Shown here in pieces: positions 50,701 through 61,800 of a stretch of 64,000 nucleotides of DNA. This stretch comes from Nemertoderma westbladi. Its lineage: Eukaryota; Animalia; Xenacoelomorpha. The stretch covers positions 1-64,000 of the forward strand of contig JAUCBJ010001223.1 of assembly GCA_032718475.1 (NCBI GenBank). The letters run 5' to 3'. Each line of letters starts with the position of its first letter. Within the stretch, counting starts at the first letter, position 1. Position numbers and translations under genes: made by a program. The notes below the pieces were generated by a model. It was not told the DNA's origin. It ran no database searches and saw only the letters and a list, made by a program, of their open reading frames with translations.

Positions 50701-51819
50701 AATTGAGACAACAACAAGCACTTGTTTTATATTTGTAAATATGGCACTAAACTTATTTTTCTTAATCCTGTATTTGCTTTGTTTCATAGTCAACGATCGC
50801 AGAGAAGTAAACTGGAACATTATGAAAATAGGAATAAATAATAAAAAAATGTGGTATAGTGCCATATAAACAATATTTGATACAATAACATAGATTGGAA
50901 TAAGACAAGTTTTAACAATTTTTAATATAAAAGCCTGGAAGAATGAATGATAAGTAATTGCTATAAAAATAAAGCTTATCCATATTCCTGGGTCACACCG
51001 GATTATGTGGTCCAGTAATATAGAATTTTCCATAAAATGCTGTAGCGGAAATTTTCTTAGATTCAGGCAATGAAATTCTAGACTATAATTATAATACAAT
51101 TGACTAGACATGTGTAACAGGGTAGCAATAACACCAATATGTGCTCCGGGCAATGAGTCAATATATTTAAAAATTGTATCTTGGCACAAAGAGCAGATAC
51201 TGGAATTGGTAATACCATAAAATATAACAATTGCTATACCTGAATACAAGAATACCGAAAAATGAGTTGCAAATGCAAGCTTGTAAGGTGATATGCCTAT
51301 CGCATTGGCCGATAGGCATATCATCACGTAAATGGAGAGTTTAATTACAAAATGTTTTATTGAATTTATATGAAACACGTAACACCCACTGGAGTACACC
51401 TTTAATCTGCACATTAATTGTCTTGCAGCATTTATTGGTAGTATATTTTTAGTTTTGGAAAGTATTGGTGCATTAAGCGTGGTAAGCACAATTGACAATG
51501 TCGTGAATAAGGTTGATGCTACTAATAATGCAGATTTAAAGTGCAAACCGTAATGTTGTGGGATTTGGTGCCAATTAACTATAATAACGTTTGAATTTGC
51601 AATAGTTTCATTTTTGATATTTCCATAGTGGTCCATGTGAGGCAGAGTTTGAAGTATTGGAATAAAATATATTATTGCAAAATTCAATAAGAAATGGATA
51701 AATACGAGCAAGTTTGTTGTTATTTCTTTGGTTTTTATAATCATGATGTAATAAAAAAAATAATAAAAAAAATACAGATAAAACAAAACCGAGGGGGAAG
51801 TCAATGTATTTAGAGACAT
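47728..51819 (-). CDS. CR1/L2-group LINE ORF2 (APE endonuclease + RT) with ~500 aa hydrophobic leader and 2A-like motif; 3'-truncated
   Basis: LLLISGNIHPNPGP, HINSRSL, VTETWL, RRDR...GGGV, VYNPP, GDLN, FSDH, NYRPIS, DLSKAF, GVPQGTLLGPLLF, YADDT, YLGV. Confidence 0.92.
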   Translation of the reverse strand: MSLNTLTSPSVLFYLYFFYYFFYYIMIIKTKEITTNLLVFIHFLLNFAIIYFIPILQTLPHMDHYGNIKNETIANSNVIIVNWHQIPQHYGLHFKSALLVASTLFTTLSIVLTTLNAPILSKTKNILPINAARQLMCRLKVYSSGCYVFHINSIKHFVIKLSIYVMICLSANAIGISPYKLAFATHFSVFLYSGIAIVIFYGITNSSICSLCQDTIFKYIDSLPGAHIGVIATLLHMSSQLYYNYSLEFHCLNLRKFPLQHFMENSILLDHIIRCDPGIWISFIFIAITYHSFFQAFILKIVKTCLIPIYVIVSNIVYMALYHIFLLFIPIFIMFQFTSLRSLTMKQSKYRIKKNKFSAIFTNIKQVLVVVSIAIVIFGIFGIIIASTQHEYLSVRAHAPVSHFAFLYQFFSFFCFGVIFISIPFTKSKIPRNNILLGIVLNALLNHTISTTTDTSSRRITIMTKLKHVKGSIKIILYSLAHSFNIYRSCVLDVVLIIALTINMLLLISGNIHPNPGPRRNTNKGRHIKNNSNKNKIQPPSYSFNNLNCKLKDSQGDIKEHMKNNQADLKLIHINSRSLFKNIDELSETLLGSKNSIASVTETWLHRNIDTKAITIPGLNIYRRDRKKKRGGGVLIFIPDNYPSKLRDDIKCNTKLESLWVEVDGLLICTVYNPPRANKHFIDDFAEELENAIALEPNLNIVIQGDLNINILNSNGSKTKQLSDVLSTYNLSTLNTTTPTRYTKSSSTLLDLVLTNLNSDSIINSLVFFCDFSDHEYTLTTIKHKITPAQNINKEKIKYRDFSSFNSAHFICEIGKIDWSPLYFETDVNSKLQYLESNIETLLNRQAPIKYKYTKTQCQYLGNKVKWSNAELVNLRQNKDSKLKLWRSTKTQSDFEEFKMARNRFNNLNKKLKNDYVKNKYLHQIDSKSRWKVINKILNRNSPRKPIPQIKYQSKLITNPLEISKVFNEVYIDIGNFVGINHNSISPPTPTVSTFLNNTTPTPKFSFRCVNALYVSEIISQMQMNKPSGPSEIPTKIYKLIAPQISVPLTNIFNDCLTKSTVPNVLKLSHVTPVYKKGNDSIPDNYRPISVTHPLAKILEKIMVIQIESYIKKNNVMSPFQFGFRKKYSTVDAITFATEEWRSKLDNGDHVAIAFLDLSKAFNSLEHSRLISELDSLGFHHTACHLIENYLTNRKQRVKIGETLSPWLVEKRGVPQGTLLGPLLFSLYTNRIASTMFNHNTNIIQYADDTSLYISDKDPLNASQILSNSVNLISTIFETYKLKLNPEKTEFLLISPSPTNKPPGTSSIKLNINANISVEQSQEVKYLGVNIDNKLEWKPHINRIIQKMSLGISCLRKIKGQLQ

Positions 51820-51832
51820 TGTATTTTATGGT

Positions 51833-52245
51833 TTATTGGCGGTGCATTATCCCAGCAATGGCATGGGAGACTGCGCTAGATATAGCGACAGAGATATTAG
51901 ACATCCACTCATCGGAGTGAGGTGGCGGGTATCGTGCTTTGGTAGTTTGGTAATTATGACCCCAATAATGGTTATGGTTATACTGTGGCCGTGTTGGTCT
52001 ACGAGGGCCCTGTTGGTATTGGTTGCTAGGGGATCCGACGTTCCTTCCCGACGGGCGGTGGCTGGATATTCGTTGCATCGGCTCTGCGATATGGAGCTGA
52101 TGGCGACGGGGTTGGCAGCAGTGGTCGACGTTTCACAACATCGACGAACTTCTCTCGGACGTTGCAGTGTATGGCGCGGGAAATACAGTTCATAACAATA
52201 GATAAACCCTGTCGTGATAGATGACTTAGGACTGGGCCTACTCAT
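51833..52245 (-). pseudogene. Probable 3' part of the LINE ORF1
   Basis: GC-richer coding-like stretch ending just before ORF2; one frame reads HLSRQGLSIV, similar to the last block of SGNH-esterase ORF1s. Confidence 0.35.
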
Positions 52246-52257
52246 TTTTAGATCATG

Positions 52258-52508
52258 TTGATTTCAAAATGTCAACCCGGGTTGATATTAATTTCAACCT
52301 GGGTTGATATCAATTTCAAACCGGGTTGATATCAATTTCAACACGGGTTGATATTAATTTCAACCCGGGTTGATATCAATTTCAACCCGGGATGATATTA
52401 TTTTCAACCCGGGTTGATATTAATTTCAACCCGTGTTGCTATTAATTTCAACCCGGGTTGATATTATTTTCAACCCGGGTTGCTATTATTTTTAACCTGG
52501 GTTGAAAT
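52258..52508. repeat. Palindromic minisatellite, 22-bp unit, ~11 copies
   Basis: TTTCAACCCGGGTTGATATTAA repeated; core TCAACCCGGGTTGA is a perfect palindrome. Confidence 0.92.
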
Positions 52509-52521
52509 ACAAGAAGAAAAT

Positions 52522-53129
52522 GTGGCGGCCACCCTAGAAACGGACCTTAGCGTAGGAATGTCAATTTTTGTTTTATTGCTTCATTCGATGCAGAATTTTC
52601 CGTAGAATTCGAAAATGAAAACGGCTAAGCGAGATCTTGTTTGGTTCGTGAGATATGGCCGTTTTTCTAAAACACTTTTCGAATAATTTTTGACATTTTT
52701 GTCAAAAAGTTGAAAATTTTAATTTGGCTCATTTTCGAAAATTCGAAAATGAAAACGGCTAAGCGAGATCTTGTTTGGTTCGTGAGATATGGCCGTTTTT
52801 CTAAAACACTTTTCGAATAATTTTTGACATTTTTGTCAAAAAGTTGAAAATTTTAATTTGGCTCATTTTGACTCAAATCGGCCGATTTTAGCTCAAATTG
52901 GCATATATTGCATATATTATTATATATAATTCAAATTCAAAATTGTAGTTCATGACAATTATTAATATTAGTTCTTAGTCATTAGGCCTAGTTATTTATT
53001 TCTTAATTTTAAAATTTTTAATTTATTTTTTAATTTAATTTATTAAATTTGAAATTTTTAAAATTTCTATCGCGTTTATCTCAGAACTATGTTCTCTACG
53101 TTAAGGTACGTTTCTAGGGTGGCCGCCAC
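52522..53129. mobile_element. Non-autonomous DNA transposon, Sola1-like
   Basis: TIR GTGGCGGCCACCCTAGAAACG at both ends, 4-bp TSD AAAT (AWWT type), internal ~134-bp tandem duplication. Confidence 0.75.
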
Positions 53130-53394
53130 AAATGTTGATCAAAATAAAAATTAAAAAAGTAGTGAATTATCTTGGCCGCTTTCAGCCACCATAGATACAA
53201 CTTATTGTTGTAATTTAAAACTTCATATTCCCATGTACCGCTTAGCCAATGGTTCAGTGTATTAGGATAACATACTATTATTACAAATTGCAATATTACA
53301 CCATGTAATTACATATGTATTACAATGTATAAAATAGCTGACTATTATTGTGCAGAAATATGAAGGTTTCCTTGAAATGTATTATTAATCTCCA

Positions 53395-53633
53395 CTAATT
53401 TACGTTGAACAAAATTTTCCTATTTTTGTAAATGTTCACAACCCTTTTAACAGTTTCTTTTGCGATGTCACTTTCAGTTGAAATGTTTCTGAATGTTTGA
53501 ATTCCCAAGAACACAGAGGCACCTAGTAACAAAGTCTCCTTCCATTGGTCAGTCTCATAGGTTGTCTCAGCTGTTAATATACCAGGTACTCCCAACAGTG
53601 TTCTGTAGTACATTAACCTCTCTAACCACAGTC
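53395..53633 (-). other. Possible isolated exon, product unknown
   Basis: Acceptor-like ccttTAG| followed by an open frame LWLERLMYYRTLLGVPG...; no family recognised. Confidence 0.2.
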
Positions 53634-54147
53634 CTAAAGGTATAATTATTGATTATGCTTTAGTGGCTTACAGTACAGTCAATCTGAAATTTAAAATTTG
53701 ATCAGCCATGCAGGTAAACATACATACACACATAATAAATAATTCCAAGATGGCGATTTTGAAATTTGTAAAGATGGCGAATTTGAAATTTTTAACTATA
53801 GTAGTGATGCTAATAATTAATAATGCTTTAGGTGGGGAACACCTCTTTTGTATGTATTTATTACACAATATTTATTTTACTCTTTACACACATAACAGAA
53901 AAAAACTGCCATCAAAGTTAACCGTAGGGGAATGAATACATTGAGATACAAAATATACTCAAAGTAAAAAAATGAAAAAAAGGAGGAAAATTCGATCAGA
54001 CATTTGAACCTTTCATTCTGGAATCCCTGCCTGAACCTTTCATTCTGGAATCCCTGCCTGTTCCCGCCTGGTGTGTCTGGTATCAGCATTGGTCAAGGTA
54101 ATCAATGGACGATTCTAATGTGGCTGTGCTGTGGTTTGGATCGATAG

Positions 54148-55390
54148 CTACTACTACTACTACTAGGATCGGCATGATGCATTGCAGCTGCATTTTTAAG
54201 AATGCTGTGCCGGGTTGTCAACAAAATTGCGCCGCCAGAACTCCATATCAACCATGACATTTGCTAGATCTTCCGCATCTTCAAGGCCAGTGTCCTTTAA
54301 GATGCGTCTCAAGAAAGTCATGGGCTGTCCACCATGCTTATTCTCTCCATGAGGCTGCCAAAGTACAAGATTATGCACTGGCTGGTCCTGCAAAGCAATG
54401 TCCTGCAAAGCGGAGGCGATTTTGTTCTAGTGTCAAGCTTGGGGGAACCAATGAGACACCTACAATGTTATATAGTGTCTGGTTGGAGATGTGTGCATTG
54501 TACTTGACACAATGAACCCGTCGTAGCATTCTTGTGAATGTGCCATCCAGAGATTTGGTGTCCTCATTAGTTAGAGCCCAGCATGGACTCCCATAGAGGA
54601 CTACGGGAACTACTGCTGCTCTAAATAATCGGACCTTAAGTTTCCGATTAATTCTCGGTGACTTCCAAATCCTGGAAAGCCTATTCAAGGCTGCCCATGC
54701 CTTTCCCTTACGTATTCGAAGGTCCTCACCTGACTTCCGGATCCATGATCCCAGGTAACAGAAGTCGTCCACATGCTCAAGCATACCATCCTTTGAGCTT
54801 ATGCTCATCCGATCAGAGACTTGCTGAGGACTTTCAAAGTTAACCGTCAAAATTTTGGTCTTTCTGGAGTTAATAAAAAGAACAACACTAGAAGCAGCAT
54901 GTTCTAATGAGCTAAGGAGCCGTTGGGCTCCCTCTAGTGATTCTGAGAGTACTCCTAAGTCATCAGCAAAGTCTAGATCAGATAGGTACTTGGCAGGATT
55001 TCCTCGACTTCTGGAGGCAGTAGGTGGAGTTATCATCACCCCATCATCATTATGATGATCTAAGGACATGCGTAGAACATATTCAACCACAATTATGAAC
55101 AAGAATGGTGCAAGTGTGTCTCCAATAACACTTCAAATGGTTCTGTGTCACCATCAACAGTAGACACAAATGTTGTCGAACCATCGTATACTGATCTGAT
55201 TGCTGCAATAATTTCATCAGTAATCCCATATAATGAAAGTATGCTGAACATACGTGAGCGAGAGACTGAATCAAAGGCCTTGAAGAAATCAACAAAGATA
55301 ACAGCCAGATGCCTGTCTTTCTTTTTTGATAACTCTTCAATTATCCTTCTAAGTGCCAAAATGGGCTCCATGGATCGATAGAGAGTGCCT
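54148..55390 (-). mobile_element. 5'-truncated RTE-clade LINE
   Basis: FVDFFKAFDS, LDFADD, FCYLGS, KLKVRLFRAAVVPVVLYG..W, RLRFAGHC; ends in a (TAG)n tail at ~54148-54165. Confidence 0.88.
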
Positions 55391-56173
55391 ACGAGATGAT
55401 TTGGACCCACATACACGAGTAAAAGGGCTGCCCTCTCCATCAGCAATGCAAAGCTCTTCTATCAATAACCCAATTCATGTACTTGCCTTACCGTAAATCT
55501 CTGAGGTGCTTCAAGAACGGTGTTGATGTAAGTGTCAATATCAAATTATCACTGGCATAAATGTTGCCTGGCATAAATATAAACCTCTCAAATCTGTTTC
55601 ATATAATTTTTCGCATCTGCTTCTCTTTGAAACGGTAGGGCGGTTTGGAGAACAATGACTGCGTTTGTTGGGGTGTGTGGGGATTAAAGACTGATATTGC
55701 TGTAGATTTCTTCTGGTAGCATTATTCCAAGCAAGCAGAATCTGAAAAACCCTGCAGGACTTGTTAATTTACTGCAGTGGATGAGTGTGGACGTACTTTT
55801 CCCAGCCTGGCAGTTCGATAGATATGTTATGGGCGACTTCCATTAGGGTGGTGGCAACAAAATCCCAAAGCTCATTATGATGTATCAATAGGTGAAATAT
55901 TAGAACATTTTAGTACGAAGAAATACAGTACCCATAAAAGGTGCTGTGGGAATGCGTCTCAAATTATAAAATATATATATTTCATGAGACGTATAAGGAA
56001 AATAAAGTATCTTTACAATTTTTCGACTCCCTTGCTGCGGTGGAGCCTTCTTTGTGCATTTTAACATAATCATCAACTAGATTGCTAATTACTGTTCAAC
56101 TATCTAGTTGATGATTCTACTATAATTTCTGTGAAATATTTCTAAGTGTAATTAATTGAAGAAGACCCTCAAG

Positions 56174-56768
56174 TGTGACGGGATCATCCGGAGATGAACC
56201 CGATTTATCCTGTTTTAGTTCACGCGTCCCCGCCGTGTGAAAGAGTGTAAGTTGAGGTTACTGTTGTTCGTTATATTGTGATCTTGAGACGTGATATAGA
56301 TATAGATATAGATTGATGTTATACACTGACGTTCACAGGTTGACGGGATGACGGTAACTAAAATCCCGGTACTTCCCTAATTGTAACTTACTGTACCACC
56401 AGTAACACTGAGATAACTGAGGTAATATGATTACTGCTTACTGGTTATATCGCACGGTGGCCTTATTGCTACTCAATCGGTGCCAGCCCCCCTCTGATTG
56501 GTTGCTACCCTTGTTGGCGCCCTTTGAGGTGTTCCCGTTCACCCCAGCTATTCTCTCCCTTGTCAGGATACTAACCCCTGACCCTTATTGTGTGCTTCTC
56601 CTTCCCATTCTGTTGGGGAGACACGAGTTGGTTTGGGACCTAATCTCGTGTCCCCCAATATTGCTTATTGGCTTAACTTTGTGGAGTATTGGCGGGATTG
56701 ATTCGCTAACACTCCCCCCCATGCCATCTTCCCGGTGAAGATAGCATCAAACCATAAAGTGCGTTACA
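56174..56768 (-). repeat. Putative 3' LTR of element C (595 bp)
   Basis: TGTGACG...CGTTACA inverted termini; related to the element B LTR. Partner LTR not in the window. Confidence 0.75.
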
Positions 56769-58189
56769 ATCCCGCTGGATCCCGATCTAGCATCGGGTGT
56801 GGGGTGGAAATCTTTTCTTTTGGAGTCGGCTTTCCAGGCCGCTCCCTCTGGGTATGATAACGCTACCCTTTTACGCCTGGCGTCCGCGCCGGGCCAATCG
56901 CGCTCTCCTCTCACACGATTTTTGTTTCCCCAACACTTTCGCCCTTAACTCTCACTCACTCTCGGACTTCTCTGTCCCTTACTCAGCCTCTTACTCTTTC
57001 CCCACTCCAGGATTGCATCCGCACCCTCTCCACACTATCTGACTCTCTTCTCAACCCCTCACTGACTACCTCATCTACTCTGACGAATGTCACCTCCCCT
57101 CCCGTGCCGTCGCACTCAAGAAGTGTGAAGTCGTCTCATGTCTCGTCCATAGTCCCATAGTCAAGTTAGCCCCCCCCATTCCCAGTAGCTAGTTGAGAAA
57201 GGTTGTAAGGTTGTACGACTATAGTACTTACTCCAAACGTATGTATTTGTTACTAATTACTACGTACGTACATACAAATTGCATTTATGTGATTATTTGC
57301 ATTAATTAAATTTGTACTTAATAGTTCGTACGTTCCGCGCGGCGCCTTCCAAGCGTACCACGTGCTAGTCCCAGTTCGTCTTTCGTCCCAAGCGATCTCC
57401 GCGGTCTATGGAGTCGCTGGTAGGCGAACTTCTCTACGTTACTCTCTCTATTTACATCGATCTCTCCGCCCCTCTCGGGCATTGTCTCCCCGAATGCTAT
57501 CCGTGGTGCCGTCCCCGGTTGCTCGCCCAACCTGATGGTGCTCCCCGCGAAATCCATCGCCGGCTCCTCGTGCACCCAGGTCCGCTTGCCGGATCTGTTC
57601 CAGAAGGCCCTCGCCCCACTGGCCGTCACCACCCTTCCGCCAACCCAGTCCTTTCCCTAGAGACTCCCCCGAACTCCCTTACGAAGCCCAATGAAGTTCA
57701 TCTAAGGGTGCTTGTTCCTTGAAGCCGTAACTCTGCGCCCTAGCTTCCTCCTCCCTCCTCTGCTTCTCTCCTCTCTCATCTAGTTTGCCTGTCATCTCGA
57801 ACTCTGCCCGATCGCTCACCCGTAGGTGGTGCCTTGCCAAGGCGCAAACGTGATGAGTGATGGGCTTAGATGGTTTAAGTCTGTTCGATGGCCTATCTCT
57901 TCCTGAATTTTCGAGTTATTGCCTATTCTTACTACTCTTACCATTTTGTTTACCGATTTGGTCCCCTTCTTAGCCCTATTCTTATCCTAATTTATTTTAA
58001 TTTCAATCCTACTACCTTACTGTTTCCTATTACTTATGGATTATTCTATTCCCTAATCCATATTCTGGTCTACTCTGTGGGCCCATGCAGTACAGCAGTA
58101 TGCCTCGTGTGGCCACACGATTTATCCAACTGTACTCATATGCCCCCCCCTAACTGCTAACTAGTATCTATATCTATATCCCTACTTCT

Positions 58190-58745
58190 AACTCTTAAGC
58201 TAATTAGCGGTACTACGTACCCTTAACTAATTAACCAACTAACTCTTACTCTCTAGTTAGTCAGCGGTACTATGTACCCTTAACCAACTAACTACTCCAG
58301 CTAACTAGCGGGCGGACCCTTAACTAATTAACTAACTATCCTAACTCTTACTTTCTAGTTAGTCAGCGGTACTATGTACCCTTAACCAACTAACTACTCC
58401 AGCTAACTAGCGGGCGGACCCTTAACTAATTAACTAACTACCCCTCACTCTCTAGCAAGTTAGCGGTACTACGTACCCTCAACTAACTAACTACTCCGGC
58501 TAACTAGCGGACGTACCCTTAACTAATTAACTAACTATCCTAACTCTTACTTTCTAGTTAGTCAGCGGTACTATGTACCCTTAACCAACTAACTACTCCA
58601 GCTAACTAGCGGGCGGACCCTTAACTAATTAACTAACTATCCTAACTCTTACTTTCTAGTTAGTCAGCCGTACTATGTACCCTTAACCAACTAACTACTC
58701 CAGCTAACTAGCGGGCGGACCCTTTAACTAATTAACTAACTGACT
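58190..58745. repeat. Higher-order tandem array (~102-bp dimer of ~40-60 nt subunits) just downstream of pol
   Basis: About 11 subunits ending agcgg[tactatgt|gcgg|acgt]accct, separated by (CTAA)-rich spacers. Confidence 0.92.
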
Positions 58746-58863
58746 CTTTTTTTATTATTTTTATTATTTGTGTGGGAAGGGCGTCTAGCCCTCAATCCCA
58801 CCCCCCTCAGTCCAAAATGGACGACGAAAAACTCACACAAACTCACTCCCACTGCTTTTAGGT

Positions 58864-61800
58864 TTAAGGTGCTCCCTCCAAAAGACAACATTTGCCTACA
58901 GCTCTTCTGTAGGTCTTCCTGTCTTTCGCACCTATCTTCCCACCTATCCGCACCTCTACCGATCGGACTCTTCCGTCCTTATCGGTGTATGTGCCTACTA
59001 CCCTCGCCAACCGCCACTGGTTGTTGATGATTGTATCATCCGTAACGATCACGAGATCTCCCTCTCTTAACTCCCTGTTAGGTTTCCTCCACTTGCTTCT
59101 TTTGTGGAGTGTGGGTAGGTATTCCTCTACCCACCTTCTCCAATACTCTGCGCTTATTGCTTTAGCGACTTTCCAGCTTTGCCGGGAGTGTATGTCGTCT
59201 GGGTCTACACCCCGCATGTCGATTGTCACTGGCCTTTCCATTAGAAAATGGCTTGGCGTAAGCACTTCTAGTGACTCTGGGTCATCATTCTCCGGATATA
59301 GCGGTCTGCTATTAATGATGCCCTCGCACTTTGCAAGTACCGTTCTCAAAATGTCCTCTGTGACCATATGGGTGTTCATCAACTTCGTCATGAGACGCTT
59401 CGAACTCCCCACCAGTCTCTCGACGCATCCTAGTGTATGTGGTGCATACGGCGTCCTTCTCTCCCATTTAACTTGGCGTCGCCTCATGGCTGCCTTGACC
59501 TCCTCCCCTTCCAAGATGTCCAAGGCCTCTGCCATCTCGTTCTCTGCGCCCACAAAGTTGGTTCCACTGTCGGAGTACATGACTTCGATCGTTCCCCCTT
59601 TGCGGTCTCTGAACCTCTCCAGCGCGTTTATGAACGCTGATGATGATGCGTCTTGGGCGAGTTCTATCCCTACCGCCCTTGTGTTATTACATACAAAGAT
59701 GATACCGTAGCGTTTCTCCGTGTGTCGCATCACCTTGATCTTCATCGGCCCGAACATGTCCACACCGCAATGCGTAAATGGCGGGTCGTGCTGTCTTACT
59801 CTACTCGCTGGTAGTGGCGCCATCTCCTGTATGGCTCTCTCCTTCTTCGCTCGCCTGCAAGTTTGGCACTGCCCCACTACCGCTTTCACTTTCTTCCGTA
59901 GTTGTTTGACCCAGTAGGTCCTTCTTATTTCTGCGAGGGTTCGGTTGGTGCCCCCGTGCAATATCGACTTGTGGGAGTCCCAGATTATCTGGTGGACTAT
60001 GGGCGATCCTGTTGGAATGATGATGGGTTTCGGTGGCACCACAATGCTATTGCTGTATCCCACCCTAGAGTTCATTACTAGGATACCCTCATCGTTCAGT
60101 TGTGGTGACAGCGTGATCAACTCGCTGTCTCGTCGAAGATGCTGTTTCTTACTGACGCGCTCCACTTCGTCGCCATAGTTCTTTCGTTGTTCGTAGCGGA
60201 TGACTGCTCTCGCCGCTCCTTCCAGATCTATGGTCGTCCTGATTTTCTTCCTATCGCCGACTCCCGCTAGGAAATTCCTGAAGGCTCTCCAGTACGCCAC
60301 TAGTTTCTTGGTCTTGTACCAACTAGAGCTGTAGCTGAGGAGTTTATCCGTTGGGTTATCGCACACTTCCACTGATTTGGGTCGCACGTCCCTTATCTCC
60401 CTCACTATCTGGGAGTATATCTCTTCTCCCTCTGAATCTCCCTCTTCTCCTTCCGATATTACTTCTCCTGAGCCCGGGTCCACCTTTCTCATCGGCGGCC
60501 AGGCCTCCTTGTCGCTCAGAAACTGTGGCCCATGTTGCCACAACACTTCCTTCTTCGAGAAAGTGTGGCGTGCCACGCCCCTCGATAATAAGTCCGCAGG
60601 GTTCTCGTCCGTAGGGCAGTAGTGCCACCTTTCTAGCTCTGTCTTTGCTCTTATTTCGTCCACTCTATTCGCGATGAATATAGGGTATCATGTTTTCTCG
60701 TTATGCAGCCAACCGAGCACTACCATGGAGTCCGTCCAGTAGTGTGTCTCCACTATGTTGGGAATAGCGTCCATTATGTAGGCTGTGGCTCTCACTCCTA
60801 ATCTCGCCGCTGTCAACTCTAGTTTGGGAACTGACGCTGAATCTGGTGGCGTTGACTTCGCCTTGCTGAAGGCAAGTCTGGGTTTGTGAGACCCTTCTCG
60901 TTGTACTAAGTAAAGTGCCGCTCCGTATGCCTCTAGCGATGCATCGGAGAACATATGCAGATCCAGGTTCGTCATGTCCCCGTCTGGGAAATACACTCTA
61001 GGCATGTTGTATGTTCCCATATCTTCAAGACCCTCCGTCCACTTGCACCATTGTTTCTTAATTTCCTCTGGCACCTCTTTGTCCCACTCGTCTTTTAGCT
61101 TGTATACTCTCTTGAGTATTTGTTTCCCCGTCACTAGTAGTGGGGATGCTAGGCCTAGGGGATCGTATATTCTTGCTATGTATGACACATAGCCTCTCTT
61201 TGTGTGGATGTTCGCGCCCTCCTGGCTTAGTTGGTACCTTAATTCGTCTGTCTCTTTGTTCCACACGATTCCCAGTGCCTTTTGTTGGGACTCCGTTCTC
61301 TTACTCGCCATGTCCTGCCCCTTTGCTGTCGTGGGATTATCCATGGTCGATTGTGGTTTCTCGTCCTCTATCGCTTTGATAAATTCCTGCGAACTGGACT
61401 GGAATTTGGTCAGGTTAAAGCCGGATCCTCTTAGGATGTCGCGAACCTCGCGCCCCGTATCCAGTATCTCTTTAACCGTATTCCCCGACTCCATTCCGTC
61501 GTCTACGTAGAAGCCGCGTCGAATCATGTCGACGGCCCTACCGCTGTATTTATCCTCTTTCCCTTTTACCGTGTCTCTTACCGCCATAGTCGTTGTGAAG
61601 GAAGACGACTTGGCGCCCATGTTCTGCACTACCATTTTGTACATTGGTATGGTTGACGGTTCTTCTTCCCCGTTGTACCATAAGAAACGTTGACTATCGC
61701 TGTCGTCTTTCGTAACACGGACTTGGTTGAACATGCCCTCTATATCACAAGTGAAGGCGTGTTTCCCGTTCCTGAATCTTAATAGGACCTCGATCCCTGA

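Noticed and set aside
58190-58745. CRISPR-like array
   Set aside because: Spacers are repeated rather than unique, the context is eukaryotic, and there are no cas genes.
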